Assembly: GCA_001778375.1 (NCBI GenBank)
Contig: MFGV01000075.1
Location: 2,354 to 66,353, forward strand
Reading direction: 5' to 3'
From: Candidatus Firestonebacteria bacterium RIFOXYD2_FULL_39_29
Lineage (GTDB): Bacteria > Oederibacteriota > D2-FULL-39-29
DNA: 64,000 nt
In this document: one piece after another, positions 36,021 to 46,447 of the stretch
Layout: every line of letters begins with the position of its first letter
Position numbering within the stretch: the first letter of the stretch is position 1
The notes under the pieces: model-generated
Database searches by the model: none
What the model was told of the DNA's origin: nothing
Seen by the model: only the letters and a program-made list of their open reading frames with translations
Position numbers and translations under genes: made by a program

Positions 36021-38153
36021 TCAGCGCTGGAGCAAATCCAATTCTGAGATAAGGTCATCACAACTTCTTAATTTAAAGGAAGTCTGATTTTTATTTTTAA
36101 TTGTTGGCGTATGGCTCGGATAAGACAACCAATACTTTCCGGAATCATCTTGAACTACATTGTAATTTGAAATGAATTGAAATACTATTTTAAATTTGCT
36201 CCAATTATTTCCATCTTTTGAATACGAAAGATTTACACTTTGACCTTGATAATTAAAATATGAAACAAATAATACGTTATTGTTATCACAGAATATATTT
36301 ATATTGGCAATATGTGCAGAATGTTTTATTTTCTCTGAAAGGTTTTCTGTATTCACCAATTCAACAGGTTTACTCCAGTTTTTGCAGTCACTTGATGACG
36401 CAATCATAAGTTGATCATATTTCCCACTATTGTTTTTAAAAAATATCGTCTGCCATATTGCCCAATAAATCCCTTTTTTATCACGGATTATTTTATTTTC
36501 ACCAAATAACGTATCTTTCGGCAGTTGATCGCAAATGGAGGCAATATCATTACCGCTTTTTCCAATTTTACTATATTCTATTTTTAAACCCTTTTCAACT
36601 CCGTTATATTTTAAAGTAGTTATCATCCCATCATTTAATGCATACACAGTTGGTGTGATATATACACTTTTCTTTATAAATATGGGATCTTCCCAATTGA
36701 CGCCTTTGTCATGGCTCAAACTCAAGTAATAACCTGGTTTATCGACTATCTTATCTCCTTCAGAAATTAAAGCCGAACTGTCTTGCCTAGTTTCAAATAC
36801 CACACAATAATCCCCGTTTGGACGCATATAGCTTCCGAGAAGAATGTTCCTCATATTTGAACTTAAAAACAGTTTCCTCGGAGTTGACCACTCATTTTTC
36901 TCCTTTGTATTATCAGTAGAAATATATATTTCCGTGTCTTTAAAGGTATAACCCTGCTGTTGCCAAACTATTATACTTTTTTGATTAGTCTCATCAAAAT
37001 ACATGCTGAATTTATCCACCCCGCCACAATCAACAATATTTATTTCACTGCTCCACATTTTATTGGCAGTCGGATGAGCATAAGGCGGTCTCTTTACTAC
37101 CTGCTCCCATTTGCTGGACTTTCCATGAAGCACATCGCCGGCTTTCTCGATATTGAATAATAAAAGTTCTTTTATTTTAGCACCCAAGTATTCAATATGA
37201 GACAAATAATCACTTTCGGTCATTTTTAATTCTCGTGTATTATTATTTGGATTGTTTCTAATATTTTTACACTTTTCTTTAAATATATCATTTGCTCTAT
37301 TTAATACTTCCTCGGCCGTCCTATAATCCTTCAATTCATCCATGCAAATCCTTCCAACCTCCATGCGCAACAGTATTTCCCATTCTTCGCTTAAATTATT
37401 TGCATGTTTAAACATCTCAACATATTCAATTACCGAATGCCTATATTCCCCTAAATAATAATATATTTTAGCAAGGCTAAATCTTGGTTTATCATAATTG
37501 CTGTCTTTATTCTTTGACTGCATAAATGCAGCAAACGCGCTCTGATAATTACCGCCGTCAAAGTATTCCAAGCCTTCATAGTATTGCTGTAGTGCATTTA
37601 ATGAATTTGTCGGCCTTACTTTAATTCTCATATTTTCGTCTAAGGATAATTTAATATCGATATTATTAATTATCTTAAAAGCCAATTCTTTTTCCAGGTC
37701 TATAAAATCATCGAATCGGCTTTCCACTTTTACGGTTTTTACTACTTTTCCCGTTTCGATATCCATTAATACCGCTTCTATTGTCAGTTTTTCTCCCTGC
37801 TTAATATAGCTGCCGTATAACACATACTTCGCACTGCCGATTTCTCCTATTTTTTTTGCCGTAGCCTCATCTACAAGCCCGGTTAAACCTAATTTCAGTT
37901 CTTTAATGATCCTTTGCATTCTTTCTCTTTCAATTATCCGGAAGGAATCGCATTTAGACAAATCTGTTATTAACATATCCATGATCCCTTTTGATAGCCA
38001 CTGGCATTCTTTGCCTTTGTTTTCAAAAGAAGCAACGGCAAAATTATCACGCACATTTTTGCTATTTTGCGCGGGTTCGCTTTGAGCATAGCCGTTATAC
38101 GGGCAGGCGATTATTATTAATATTGCCAGAATATATTTAATTGTTCTGTTCAT
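36021..38153 (-). CDS. secreted CsgG-like + TPR + BNR/Asp-box repeat protein
   Basis: Signal peptide; FAVASFENKG...ERERMQRIIKELKLGLTGL block; TPR-like middle; Asp-box motifs SHDKGVNW and SKDGNNWS. 710 aa. Confidence 0.55.
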   Translation of the reverse strand: MNRTIKYILAILIIIACPYNGYAQSEPAQNSKNVRDNFAVASFENKGKECQWLSKGIMDMLITDLSKCDSFRIIERERMQRIIKELKLGLTGLVDEATAKKIGEIGSAKYVLYGSYIKQGEKLTIEAVLMDIETGKVVKTVKVESRFDDFIDLEKELAFKIINNIDIKLSLDENMRIKVRPTNSLNALQQYYEGLEYFDGGNYQSAFAAFMQSKNKDSNYDKPRFSLAKIYYYLGEYRHSVIEYVEMFKHANNLSEEWEILLRMEVGRICMDELKDYRTAEEVLNRANDIFKEKCKNIRNNPNNNTRELKMTESDYLSHIEYLGAKIKELLLFNIEKAGDVLHGKSSKWEQVVKRPPYAHPTANKMWSSEINIVDCGGVDKFSMYFDETNQKSIIVWQQQGYTFKDTEIYISTDNTKEKNEWSTPRKLFLSSNMRNILLGSYMRPNGDYCVVFETRQDSSALISEGDKIVDKPGYYLSLSHDKGVNWEDPIFIKKSVYITPTVYALNDGMITTLKYNGVEKGLKIEYSKIGKSGNDIASICDQLPKDTLFGENKIIRDKKGIYWAIWQTIFFKNNSGKYDQLMIASSSDCKNWSKPVELVNTENLSEKIKHSAHIANINIFCDNNNVLFVSYFNYQGQSVNLSYSKDGNNWSKFKIVFQFISNYNVVQDDSGKYWLSYPSHTPTIKNKNQTSFKLRSCDDLISELDLLQR

Positions 38154-38965
38154 TTAGCCTCAATCCTTGTCCCGGGAATATTTTTCATACAAATATTTAT
38201 TTTTTCTTTCACTATTTGAACAATTTTCGAGTTAATTGTTATTCCCAGCAGTCTTTCATAATCAAACATGGCATGCCGGTAATCTTTTAACTCAAAATAA
38301 CATTCGGCCCTTAAAAACAATGAATCGTAGTAGGAATAGTCACCTTCTTTTATTTTCATGGATTCAAATATGGCTTTATCATATTCCCCGGAATAATAAA
38401 ACCTCACGACGTTTGATAACCGGGGATCAATTGTTTTTACTTTATTTGAAATGTTCTCTTTATTTGCTGCGGTATTATTAAGTAATTTTTTAACAATTAT
38501 TCCGGAAAGTTTCACTATTTCCACCAGGCTTCCGGTTATTTCCTCTGATCTTAGTAATTTGGCTGTTTCAACATCATGGATATGAATATTTATTTTCAAC
38601 TCCGTCCCGGAAAGGACAAAACCTCCGGTTACAATATTATCCGTACCTATTATTTTCCCTACCTTTATAGTTAATTCTTCAGGCAAAGCCCCCGTTAAAC
38701 TTCGTTTTTGTTCCTTAATGATCTCATCAAGATTTTCTCTTTCCAAAACCTGAATATTATTATTCAATAAATCGATTGTGACCAGCTCTTTCAGATATAC
38801 TCCTAAATACTCATATTTATCACTGCCGGTTGAATTTTCCAGGGGAAATACTACAATATTTTTGGATCCTGCAGGATACAAATAACCGCATAACACAAAT
38901 ACTATCATAATAAATATTGCCCTGCTTTTCATAATTTGATTCCCTCTTATTTTAATTTTGACCAT
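38150..38965 (-). CDS. secreted CsgG-like domain protein with TPR-like C-terminus
   Basis: Signal peptide; VVFPLENSTGSDKYEYLGVYLKELVTIDL...ERENLDEIIKEQKRSLTG...GKIIGTDNIVTGGF. Confidence 0.5.
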   Translation of the reverse strand: MVKIKIRGNQIMKSRAIFIMIVFVLCGYLYPAGSKNIVVFPLENSTGSDKYEYLGVYLKELVTIDLLNNNIQVLERENLDEIIKEQKRSLTGALPEELTIKVGKIIGTDNIVTGGFVLSGTELKINIHIHDVETAKLLRSEEITGSLVEIVKLSGIIVKKLLNNTAANKENISNKVKTIDPRLSNVVRFYYSGEYDKAIFESMKIKEGDYSYYDSLFLRAECYFELKDYRHAMFDYERLLGITINSKIVQIVKEKINICMKNIPGTRIEAK

Positions 38966-40182
38966 TTAACACGGATCAAATCTTTTTCCTTGATAACACT
39001 ATCAAGTAAAACAAAATAATGCTGTTTTTCTTCTTCAATAGAAACCTTCCTGTATTTTGAAACCCATATTTTTCCATTTGACTTAAATGCTTTTAGTCGT
39101 CCACCGAATTCAGAAATATCCATAAATGAAACATCCAGATCAATCCTGTATAAAATATTTTCTCTGATTAGATAAAGCCCGTCCTTCCCAGGAACAGACC
39201 CTTTCGACAAGTATATCATTTCGGAATTATTTAATCGAAGTGCCCCGATTATATTATTATCATTAACAAGTTCACAGCATTCCAATACATCATTTCTTTC
39301 TTTCGAATTAATTTCCGGATCAATATTTCTGTCCGAAAGCTTCCAGGTCGACCCGGTGTAAACATAGGTTTTCCATTCTTTGTACTTTGGGTGAAGTCCC
39401 TCTGAATCATATGCTATCCAGTCCGAAGAATAGATATTATATGATTCATAGGATTTCGTTGCATTAACACAAAGGACATTATTATCAATAAAAAAAGGAG
39501 CTTGAAATCCGTTCCATCCACTGATTTCACAGGAATAAGTGCACCATTTTCCTTTTTGATAGTATCTTAAGCGCGAAGCTTTGAACTCTTTAATAGCTGT
39601 CTTTTCATAAAAAATAATGGAAATATTTTTCATGACCGGCTTGTCAGGACAAATATAAAAGACAGTTCCATCAGTATTTACAAATGGCTCAATAGTTTTA
39701 CCGTTTCCAACAAAATGCATCTTACCGTTGTTCTTATCAATGGCAAGAGCAAGAATATCTTCATACGGTCCGGTTTGTATCCGTCCTATTTTAGGATCAT
39801 AAATAATGGCAAAATAATCAAAGTCTACTGTCTCGTTTTTTATTAAAACAATAATCCAAATACGCCCTTCTGAGTCAAGAAAAAGTCTTTTTAAGGATTT
39901 AAAATACGGAATTATTGACTTTGTTTGATCTATTAAACGGCCTAAAGATTGGATCTTTATCTCCGCTCCATTTTTTCCCTCTGCTATCAGAGCAAAATCA
40001 GATTCATCTTCCGACGACTTAAAATACCAAACTGTTTCATCCTGACCTAAAATCGGGCGCATGAAGACTGTTCGAGTATTTGCATCTAAAAGAGGATTTC
40101 TGACAATTGATAACGACTGATCTTCAGCAGACGATACTAATGAAGCTAATAATACTATTATAAAAATCATACCATTCATCAT
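38947..40182 (-). CDS. secreted hypothetical protein (beta-rich)
   Basis: Signal peptide. No recognised motifs. Overlaps the neighbouring genes in an operon-like arrangement. Confidence 0.45.
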   Translation of the reverse strand: MMNGMIFIIVLLASLVSSAEDQSLSIVRNPLLDANTRTVFMRPILGQDETVWYFKSSEDESDFALIAEGKNGAEIKIQSLGRLIDQTKSIIPYFKSLKRLFLDSEGRIWIIVLIKNETVDFDYFAIIYDPKIGRIQTGPYEDILALAIDKNNGKMHFVGNGKTIEPFVNTDGTVFYICPDKPVMKNISIIFYEKTAIKEFKASRLRYYQKGKWCTYSCEISGWNGFQAPFFIDNNVLCVNATKSYESYNIYSSDWIAYDSEGLHPKYKEWKTYVYTGSTWKLSDRNIDPEINSKERNDVLECCELVNDNNIIGALRLNNSEMIYLSKGSVPGKDGLYLIRENILYRIDLDVSFMDISEFGGRLKAFKSNGKIWVSKYRKVSIEEEKQHYFVLLDSVIKEKDLIRVKWSKLK

Positions 40183-40289
40183 GTAATCCTTTAGACGGAC
40201 TTTCTTTTATTTGAATCCATTTTTTTCGACATTCATACACCTTTGAAAAAGTTATGACATTTTACATTAAAATAATCTTCAATATCAGA

Positions 40290-42524
40290 TTAATTTCCAA
40301 ATCTCTTTCTATTTTTGCTTTTAACATACATGCCAGATTTAATATCTCTCATATTAATTTCTTCTAAAACATTTGGAATATTTTCTTTTTTTATTCTGAT
40401 CCAAGTATCATTGTTGCTTATCCAGAGGGTGTCATAAACATCAATAAACGTACCGCTCAAGTCTATATCTTCGCTATAAAACTCCCAGGGAATATTAATT
40501 AACCTGTGAATAGAGTCACGTTTTTTTAAAAACAATCCGGGGCTCTTAAGCGTAAATATAACTATTTCCGGTTTACATTCTATGGTTTGCCCTATATTTT
40601 CAGCTCCAAACATATTACTTATTTTAGCAGATAGCTTATTTTCTTCCTTTATTTGAAGTTTTGGATCAGATTTTAATTCAGATATATAAGATTTTGCCCA
40701 ATCGTCTTTATCGAAAACATAATAACTTTTCTTGGAGAAATTATTTAACGTTGTAATATATGTTTTTCCTTCAGAAGTCTTGTTGAATCCCTCCAAAAAC
40801 AACTCACGGACGTCAGTTTTGCTAAAAACTTTTGCAATATTTGGAGATTTCCCAGTAAATGTAATAATTTCTCTGAATGCATCTGAAGGCATTCTGGTTA
40901 ACTTAGCAGGCAATGGTTTTCCCTTAATAAATAAAGTATCAGGAGCTGAAAAATATAAATCCATTTCTCCATTAATCAGTTTCAGTTGAAAATTATTATT
41001 ATCTTTATATTTATCAAGATATGCTTTATAAATACTCTCTATTATATATGTACCATCACTTTTTAATATAGCCACATGCATGTTTGCAAAGACCAACCAT
41101 ATACTATCATTCGAGTCTATTCCAAAAGATATAAAATAACTATCCTTGAGCTCTGCATTGACTGATCCAATTTGGCCCCAAAAATCATAGGCGGAGACAA
41201 CTTTTACAGTATTTTTTCCATCATATTTGTAAAGAGTTTTATGACCGAATCTTAATTCTCTTTTGTCCCAGTAGTAATTATTTTTACTGTCAGATATAAC
41301 TTTACCGTAATTCTGAAATTCCGCACAATATTTTTCAACTTTCAAAGAACTTAATGTTTTGGCAGCGTTCTTCTTGAGGATCTGAAAAAGAGTACTTGGC
41401 CTCAATCCATTACTTATATCATTTATAAGAAGAATATTTCCGTCAGGAAGTTTTAATATTTGTTTTATATTTACAAGATTTACTCCTTGAGAAGCGTCAA
41501 AAGAATACAATTTACCATCAGGAAGAATTAGATTTACGCCGCGTCCTTCTCCTTTCAGCATCCACACAAAACCATTGTCTTCAAGCATAAAATATTGCCG
41601 GTCTTTAGGATAAAATGTATTTTCTACAACATTTGTAGCATATTTTATGAACTTACTCTCGGAAACATAGAACAATTCATAGACAAGTTTATCAATCATA
41701 CTCAATACCCATAATTTTCCATCATCTGAATGATGATGTAAAACTGGAACAAAGCTGTTCTCATTAAAAACAGCATCTTTTTTAAATTCCAGCACATCAT
41801 TGTTTGTACTGTAATTTATCTTTGCACATTTAAAATCATTAACAAATTGGCTGATATAAACAGCTCCTGATATCTCAAAAATGTCATTTACAATTATCAA
41901 ACCTAATTTATCGCACGGTATTTTATGAATATTTTTGTTCTTAATAAGTATGATATTTTTATCGAAAAGGCTCTCATGCGCTGTCTTTTCTGTGGCCCAG
42001 ATCCAAACATTACCGGATGCCTCTTCAGAGAACATTATTGAATCGACATTTATGCGCCCAACGCCGGATTGTTTTCCTTGAATGCGCTCTTTAATAAGAC
42101 CATTGATTTTTATTTCCCCGTCAATATTAACAGTTATTCTCTTCCCATTCTTTGTTAGAAAGAAATTAAATATTTTGGAGTTTTTCTCCAGTATTTTCAG
42201 TTTCCCGCCTTCAACCGTTTCCAAAGTATAAATATCTTTATGTTTGCACAAAGCATATAACGTATCAAAACACCAGATGCGTATAATTCCGGAATCTTTA
42301 TCGGCAATTTTTCTAAGTCCGTCGGGGGAATACTTGTAAAGTTCGGAATCTATTACTGTCCATACATTTGAAGCTGAATCTCTTTCCGTTTTAAAAGAAG
42401 CCGCTTTTTCAATATTAGTATCAAGGTAAATATTTTTTGCTGAAATATTGACTTCTTCAGATAGGCAAAGGCAAACAATTAAGGTTAAAAATAAAACTGT
42501 CTTGAGAAAAATATATTTTTTCAT
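40290..42524 (-). CDS. secreted beta-propeller repeat protein (two-component-regulator-propeller-like repeats)
   Basis: Signal peptide; repeated xGxxWIxTxxGL-type blocks (SGNVWIWATEKTA, NGFVWMLKGEG, DSIWLVFANMHVAILKSDG, YDTLWISNNDTWIRI). 744 aa. Confidence 0.5.
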   Translation of the reverse strand: MKKYIFLKTVLFLTLIVCLCLSEEVNISAKNIYLDTNIEKAASFKTERDSASNVWTVIDSELYKYSPDGLRKIADKDSGIIRIWCFDTLYALCKHKDIYTLETVEGGKLKILEKNSKIFNFFLTKNGKRITVNIDGEIKINGLIKERIQGKQSGVGRINVDSIMFSEEASGNVWIWATEKTAHESLFDKNIILIKNKNIHKIPCDKLGLIIVNDIFEISGAVYISQFVNDFKCAKINYSTNNDVLEFKKDAVFNENSFVPVLHHHSDDGKLWVLSMIDKLVYELFYVSESKFIKYATNVVENTFYPKDRQYFMLEDNGFVWMLKGEGRGVNLILPDGKLYSFDASQGVNLVNIKQILKLPDGNILLINDISNGLRPSTLFQILKKNAAKTLSSLKVEKYCAEFQNYGKVISDSKNNYYWDKRELRFGHKTLYKYDGKNTVKVVSAYDFWGQIGSVNAELKDSYFISFGIDSNDSIWLVFANMHVAILKSDGTYIIESIYKAYLDKYKDNNNFQLKLINGEMDLYFSAPDTLFIKGKPLPAKLTRMPSDAFREIITFTGKSPNIAKVFSKTDVRELFLEGFNKTSEGKTYITTLNNFSKKSYYVFDKDDWAKSYISELKSDPKLQIKEENKLSAKISNMFGAENIGQTIECKPEIVIFTLKSPGLFLKKRDSIHRLINIPWEFYSEDIDLSGTFIDVYDTLWISNNDTWIRIKKENIPNVLEEINMRDIKSGMYVKSKNRKRFGN

Positions 42525-42597
42525 GAAATCCCCCTCGTAATAATCTTTATAAATGTATTATAATTGTTCTCTATTCATATAGCAACCCCCAAATTCA

Positions 42598-45513
42598 TCA
42601 CGATAAAATCTTACTCAGCACCGATAGATCGATCGGGATTTGGAGGATTCTTTCGTCTTTGGTTTTATAAAGGAAATGGTGTTTTTCGATTAGGTATTCG
42701 AAAAGTTCTTTTGTGATGGCTACGTCATGTTTGCAATATTCTATTATCAGGTCTATTTTACCCTCTTTAAACCATTGCAGGGACTGCAGGCCGTCGGAGG
42801 ATTTTCCTTTGTTCAGGTTTACTGAACTTAAATGGTTAAGGGACAAACGGAAACCAAGCTGGTCGTAAACCAGATCCAGCATATCAAGAGTGGGGATTTT
42901 TGTAAAATCAATATTGGTGTAACCTCGGAGGACACCCCAATCAAAACGTTTAATATTAAAACCGACTACCAGATCCGCCTGAAGGAACATATTTATCATC
43001 TCTTTTACTTTATCCTCGGTAAAGGAATAGTATTTGTCATCTTTAAAGGAATATACCACACCGACAGCAAGACCCATAAGATGCGGGTTGTTCCAGCCTC
43101 CGACTTCGGCGGCGCTTCTTTGTGTTTCCGCGTCGAAAACCAGGACGTTTTTGCCTTTCAGTTTTTGTTTTACATCTTCTTCGTCTATACCGGCTTCAAC
43201 AAGTTTTAGAAGGTCTGTTTTATCCTTATGAACTAATTCAACACAATCCAGCTTATCCGTACTGTTTATAAAACTATTTAGCAGGGTTATCGCGACATTT
43301 TTATCTAAAGGTTTATTACCGCTCCCGCATTTTGAGGATTGTATGCAGGAAGGGCAGCCAAAATCACACGGGCAGCTGTTTAACATCTCAAGAGTCGTCT
43401 TCATCAGATCAGGGGCTAATTCATAAGCTTTCTCCGAAAGACCCACGCCTCCGGGATGCGCGTCGTAAATAAATATAGCGGGACATTTCAGATTCCCGTT
43501 AAACTCCATTGAAACACCGCCTATATCCTGGCGGTCAGAGAGAGTAAGTAACGGCAGCATAGATATTACGGCGTGTTCTATTGCGTGAATACCCCCGGCA
43601 AAATCACCGATATCACACGTAATGATCTTTCCTTTAAGAGCATCAGGTATCTCCATCCAGATGGAAACCGTTTCAAATATATGCGGAGGCAGTGTGAGTT
43701 CATGCTCGTCAAATATCACCTGGCTGTATATCTTTTTCCTGACATAACCTACAACTTTTTCCGTAACCCGGACTTTCCCAAGTTTTATTATTATCTCTCC
43801 CAGCTGCTTTTGTTTGAAAGTATCAATAACTTCTATTTCTTCGGTGGCTCTTGTTTCCGTAAAATAATCAACGTCCGCTTCCTTTACTCTTACTTTTTTT
43901 GCGGTAAGGTCAAGCTCAATAACTTCATATTGACTCCCGGAATGCAGGTAAATGGCGTTCTGATGACATTCCCGCAGTACTCTGGGATAATCTACCTCAC
44001 CTATTACTTTATTTTTTGCGGCATCAACGACGACAAAAGAATCTCCAATAGACCTGATGGACAAGAACCTTGAAGGCTGTCTTTCAAAACTGTGGTATTT
44101 TCCGTCATTACTTTTTTGAAGTTTGTTATCCCTGGTCAGCTCGCTCAGGAAATATGGCAATGTATCGCCGTAAATATCTTTATCAGTTTCGACATCTAAA
44201 GGAGATTCAGAAGCTGCGCAGGCCAGATGGGCCTTTGAGATAACCGGATTATGAAAATCAACAACTGCGGATTCACACGGTTTTTCGAATAATTTCACGG
44301 GATTGGTCATAAAATACTGATCCAGCGCATCCTGAAGCCCGATAAGGATTACGAGCGCATCGCCTACTCTTCCCACCCTTCCGCTTCTCTGCCACGTGCT
44401 CATGATACTGCCCGGATATCCGACCAGAATACATACATCCAAACCACCTATATCAATACCGACTTCAAGCGCAGAGGTTGAGATCACGCCGACAAGTTCT
44501 TCTGAAAACAGTTTTCTTTCGATCTCCCGCCTTTCCTCCGGCAAATATCCGGATCTGTAAGCTGCGATCTTACTTGTGTATTTTAAACCAAGCGCAGAGA
44601 TCCACTGATAAATCAGCTCCGTTACCTTTCTGGCTTTTGTGAAAACAATCGTTTTCATATCATTACTCACGCATTCTCTGAGCAGGTGAGCCGCTTCCGT
44701 ATACGGACTTTCAGATGGGTTCCAGAGTAAAAAATACTTTGAGGAAGAAGGCGCGCCGTTCTTTTCCACCATTTCAAAATCCAACCCTGTAAGTCCGGTA
44801 ACAAATTCGTAAGCGTTTGATATTGTAGCGCTGGAACAGATAAATACAGGATCACTTCCATAATGCCGGCAGATCCTTCTTAAACGTCTTATTATATGCG
44901 CCACATGGGAGCCAAAGACACCTCTATAAGAATGTACTTCATCTATAACCACATATTTTAAATTCTTGAAAAACTCGATCCAGCCGCCATGATACGGTAA
45001 AATACCAAAATGAAGCATGTCCGGATTTGTCAGTATAATTCTTGGCAACTCTTTTTTTATTTTAGAACGCTGATAGGCCGAAGTATCTCCGTCATAGATA
45101 GAAGCTAAAGGAAAATCCCCGGCAAAAAGATCTTTTTTAAAATCCATAACGGTATTAAACTGGTCATGCGCAAGAGCCTTAATAGGATAGAGATAAAGCG
45201 CCCGGGTATTTGGCTCCTTAAGGATACTGTCAATTACGGGGATATTATATATGAGAGTTTTTCCGCTGGCTGTCGGCGTTACAACACAGACATTTTTATT
45301 TTTTCGTATGAGCTCAATTGCCTCAGTCTGATGCGAGTAGAGTTGTTTTAACCCCTGAAAATGAAGATAATTTATTAAAGACTCTGATATCCCTTCCGGA
45401 AAATCAGAATAAGACCCTTTTTTAGCCTGGATATAATGGGCATGAACAAGACATTTGGAATGACTGCTGTCACTGCTTAGATGATTTATAAACGACTTTA
45501 TGTCTGAAACCAT
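42598..45513 (-). CDS. MrfA-like DEAD/DEAH helicase with DUF1998 zinc ribbon, fused to a C-terminal DnaQ-like DEDDh 3'-5' exonuclease (MrfB-like)
   Basis: Walker A TPTASGKT, DEVH box, motif VI QRSGRVGR. DUF1998-type Cys cluster CPCDFGCPSC...C. C-terminal exonuclease motifs LVFDAETQ (Exo I), VGFNIKRFDWGVL (Exo II), YCKHDVAITKELF (Exo III, H-x4-D). Confidence 0.75.
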   Translation of the reverse strand: MVSDIKSFINHLSSDSSHSKCLVHAHYIQAKKGSYSDFPEGISESLINYLHFQGLKQLYSHQTEAIELIRKNKNVCVVTPTASGKTLIYNIPVIDSILKEPNTRALYLYPIKALAHDQFNTVMDFKKDLFAGDFPLASIYDGDTSAYQRSKIKKELPRIILTNPDMLHFGILPYHGGWIEFFKNLKYVVIDEVHSYRGVFGSHVAHIIRRLRRICRHYGSDPVFICSSATISNAYEFVTGLTGLDFEMVEKNGAPSSSKYFLLWNPSESPYTEAAHLLRECVSNDMKTIVFTKARKVTELIYQWISALGLKYTSKIAAYRSGYLPEERREIERKLFSEELVGVISTSALEVGIDIGGLDVCILVGYPGSIMSTWQRSGRVGRVGDALVILIGLQDALDQYFMTNPVKLFEKPCESAVVDFHNPVISKAHLACAASESPLDVETDKDIYGDTLPYFLSELTRDNKLQKSNDGKYHSFERQPSRFLSIRSIGDSFVVVDAAKNKVIGEVDYPRVLRECHQNAIYLHSGSQYEVIELDLTAKKVRVKEADVDYFTETRATEEIEVIDTFKQKQLGEIIIKLGKVRVTEKVVGYVRKKIYSQVIFDEHELTLPPHIFETVSIWMEIPDALKGKIITCDIGDFAGGIHAIEHAVISMLPLLTLSDRQDIGGVSMEFNGNLKCPAIFIYDAHPGGVGLSEKAYELAPDLMKTTLEMLNSCPCDFGCPSCIQSSKCGSGNKPLDKNVAITLLNSFINSTDKLDCVELVHKDKTDLLKLVEAGIDEEDVKQKLKGKNVLVFDAETQRSAAEVGGWNNPHLMGLAVGVVYSFKDDKYYSFTEDKVKEMINMFLQADLVVGFNIKRFDWGVLRGYTNIDFTKIPTLDMLDLVYDQLGFRLSLNHLSSVNLNKGKSSDGLQSLQWFKEGKIDLIIEYCKHDVAITKELFEYLIEKHHFLYKTKDERILQIPIDLSVLSKILS

Positions 45514-45519
45514 TGTCTT

Positions 45520-46401
45520 TTACCTTATGAGATATAAAAATACCGGTATTGTTATAAGCGAAATAGCAGTTGTTAAAAGCGCCCCTGCTGCCGCATAATC
45601 CGTATCTTTCTTGTACTCTGTGGCAAAAAGTATTGCCGAGAAAGCGCAAGGCATTGAGGCCTGCAGTACTATTATAGATCTTACAACGGGATCAAGGTTA
45701 AAAAGCCCCGTTAAAAATACTATTATTGCAGGAGCTATAAAAAGTTTAAGCGCGACAGTTAACACCATGTCTTTGCTTCTAAGCATTGTTTTTGCGTTAT
45801 GGATTTCAACATTTGATATAATGGCTCCGGTTATTAGCATCGCAAGGGGTGTTGTAATACTTCCTATAGATTTAAGAGGAGAAATAATTATTTGGGGCAG
45901 TTTGATCTCAAGCATGGCGAGTATGAAACCGATAAACAACGCTACAATAGCGGGATTAACGAATTGTTTCCAGGAGATCTTAGTTTTACCTGAATCATAC
46001 AGTCTTACACCCAGGGTCCACAAAACCATGTCTGCGATAAAACTGTAAAGAAAGATATAAACAACTCCAATGTCGCCAAAAAGTAACAACGCAAGAGGCA
46101 AAGAAATGTAATAGTAGTTCTGTATCAAATTTAAATAGATAAATTGATTGCGCCTTTCTTCTTTAATCTTGAAGATCCTGGAAGCAAGAAAACCCATAGG
46201 CAGGTTAACAAGGATCATAGTAATAAAAGCAAAAACCGGAAGAGCTAATGTTTTCATTAGCATCTCCCGGTTGTAAGTGGTCACCATATTTGCAACTATT
46301 AAACAGGGAATAGAGATCTTGAAAACTATCTTTGTAAGATCCGCTGTCAGTTCCTGCTTAATAAGTTTCAACTTTCCGGCAATAAATCCTATACCTATCA
46401 T
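45520..46401 (-). CDS. AEC-family (auxin efflux carrier-like) membrane transporter
   Basis: ~10 TM segments, AEC-like internal repeat, 293 aa. Confidence 0.6.
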   Translation of the reverse strand: MIGIGFIAGKLKLIKQELTADLTKIVFKISIPCLIVANMVTTYNREMLMKTLALPVFAFITMILVNLPMGFLASRIFKIKEERRNQFIYLNLIQNYYYISLPLALLLFGDIGVVYIFLYSFIADMVLWTLGVRLYDSGKTKISWKQFVNPAIVALFIGFILAMLEIKLPQIIISPLKSIGSITTPLAMLITGAIISNVEIHNAKTMLRSKDMVLTVALKLFIAPAIIVFLTGLFNLDPVVRSIIVLQASMPCAFSAILFATEYKKDTDYAAAGALLTTAISLITIPVFLYLIR

Positions 46402-46447
46402 TATAAAAATAACAGTTATAGAAAATAAAATATTGCGGGAAGCTTCG

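Noticed and set aside
42598-45513. DUF1998 helicase as the DrmA component of the DISARM-like system at the window start
   Set aside because: It is 37 kb away, separated by housekeeping genes, and carries a fused DEDDh exonuclease typical of the MrfA/MrfB repair pair. No DrmB-like gene is adjacent.
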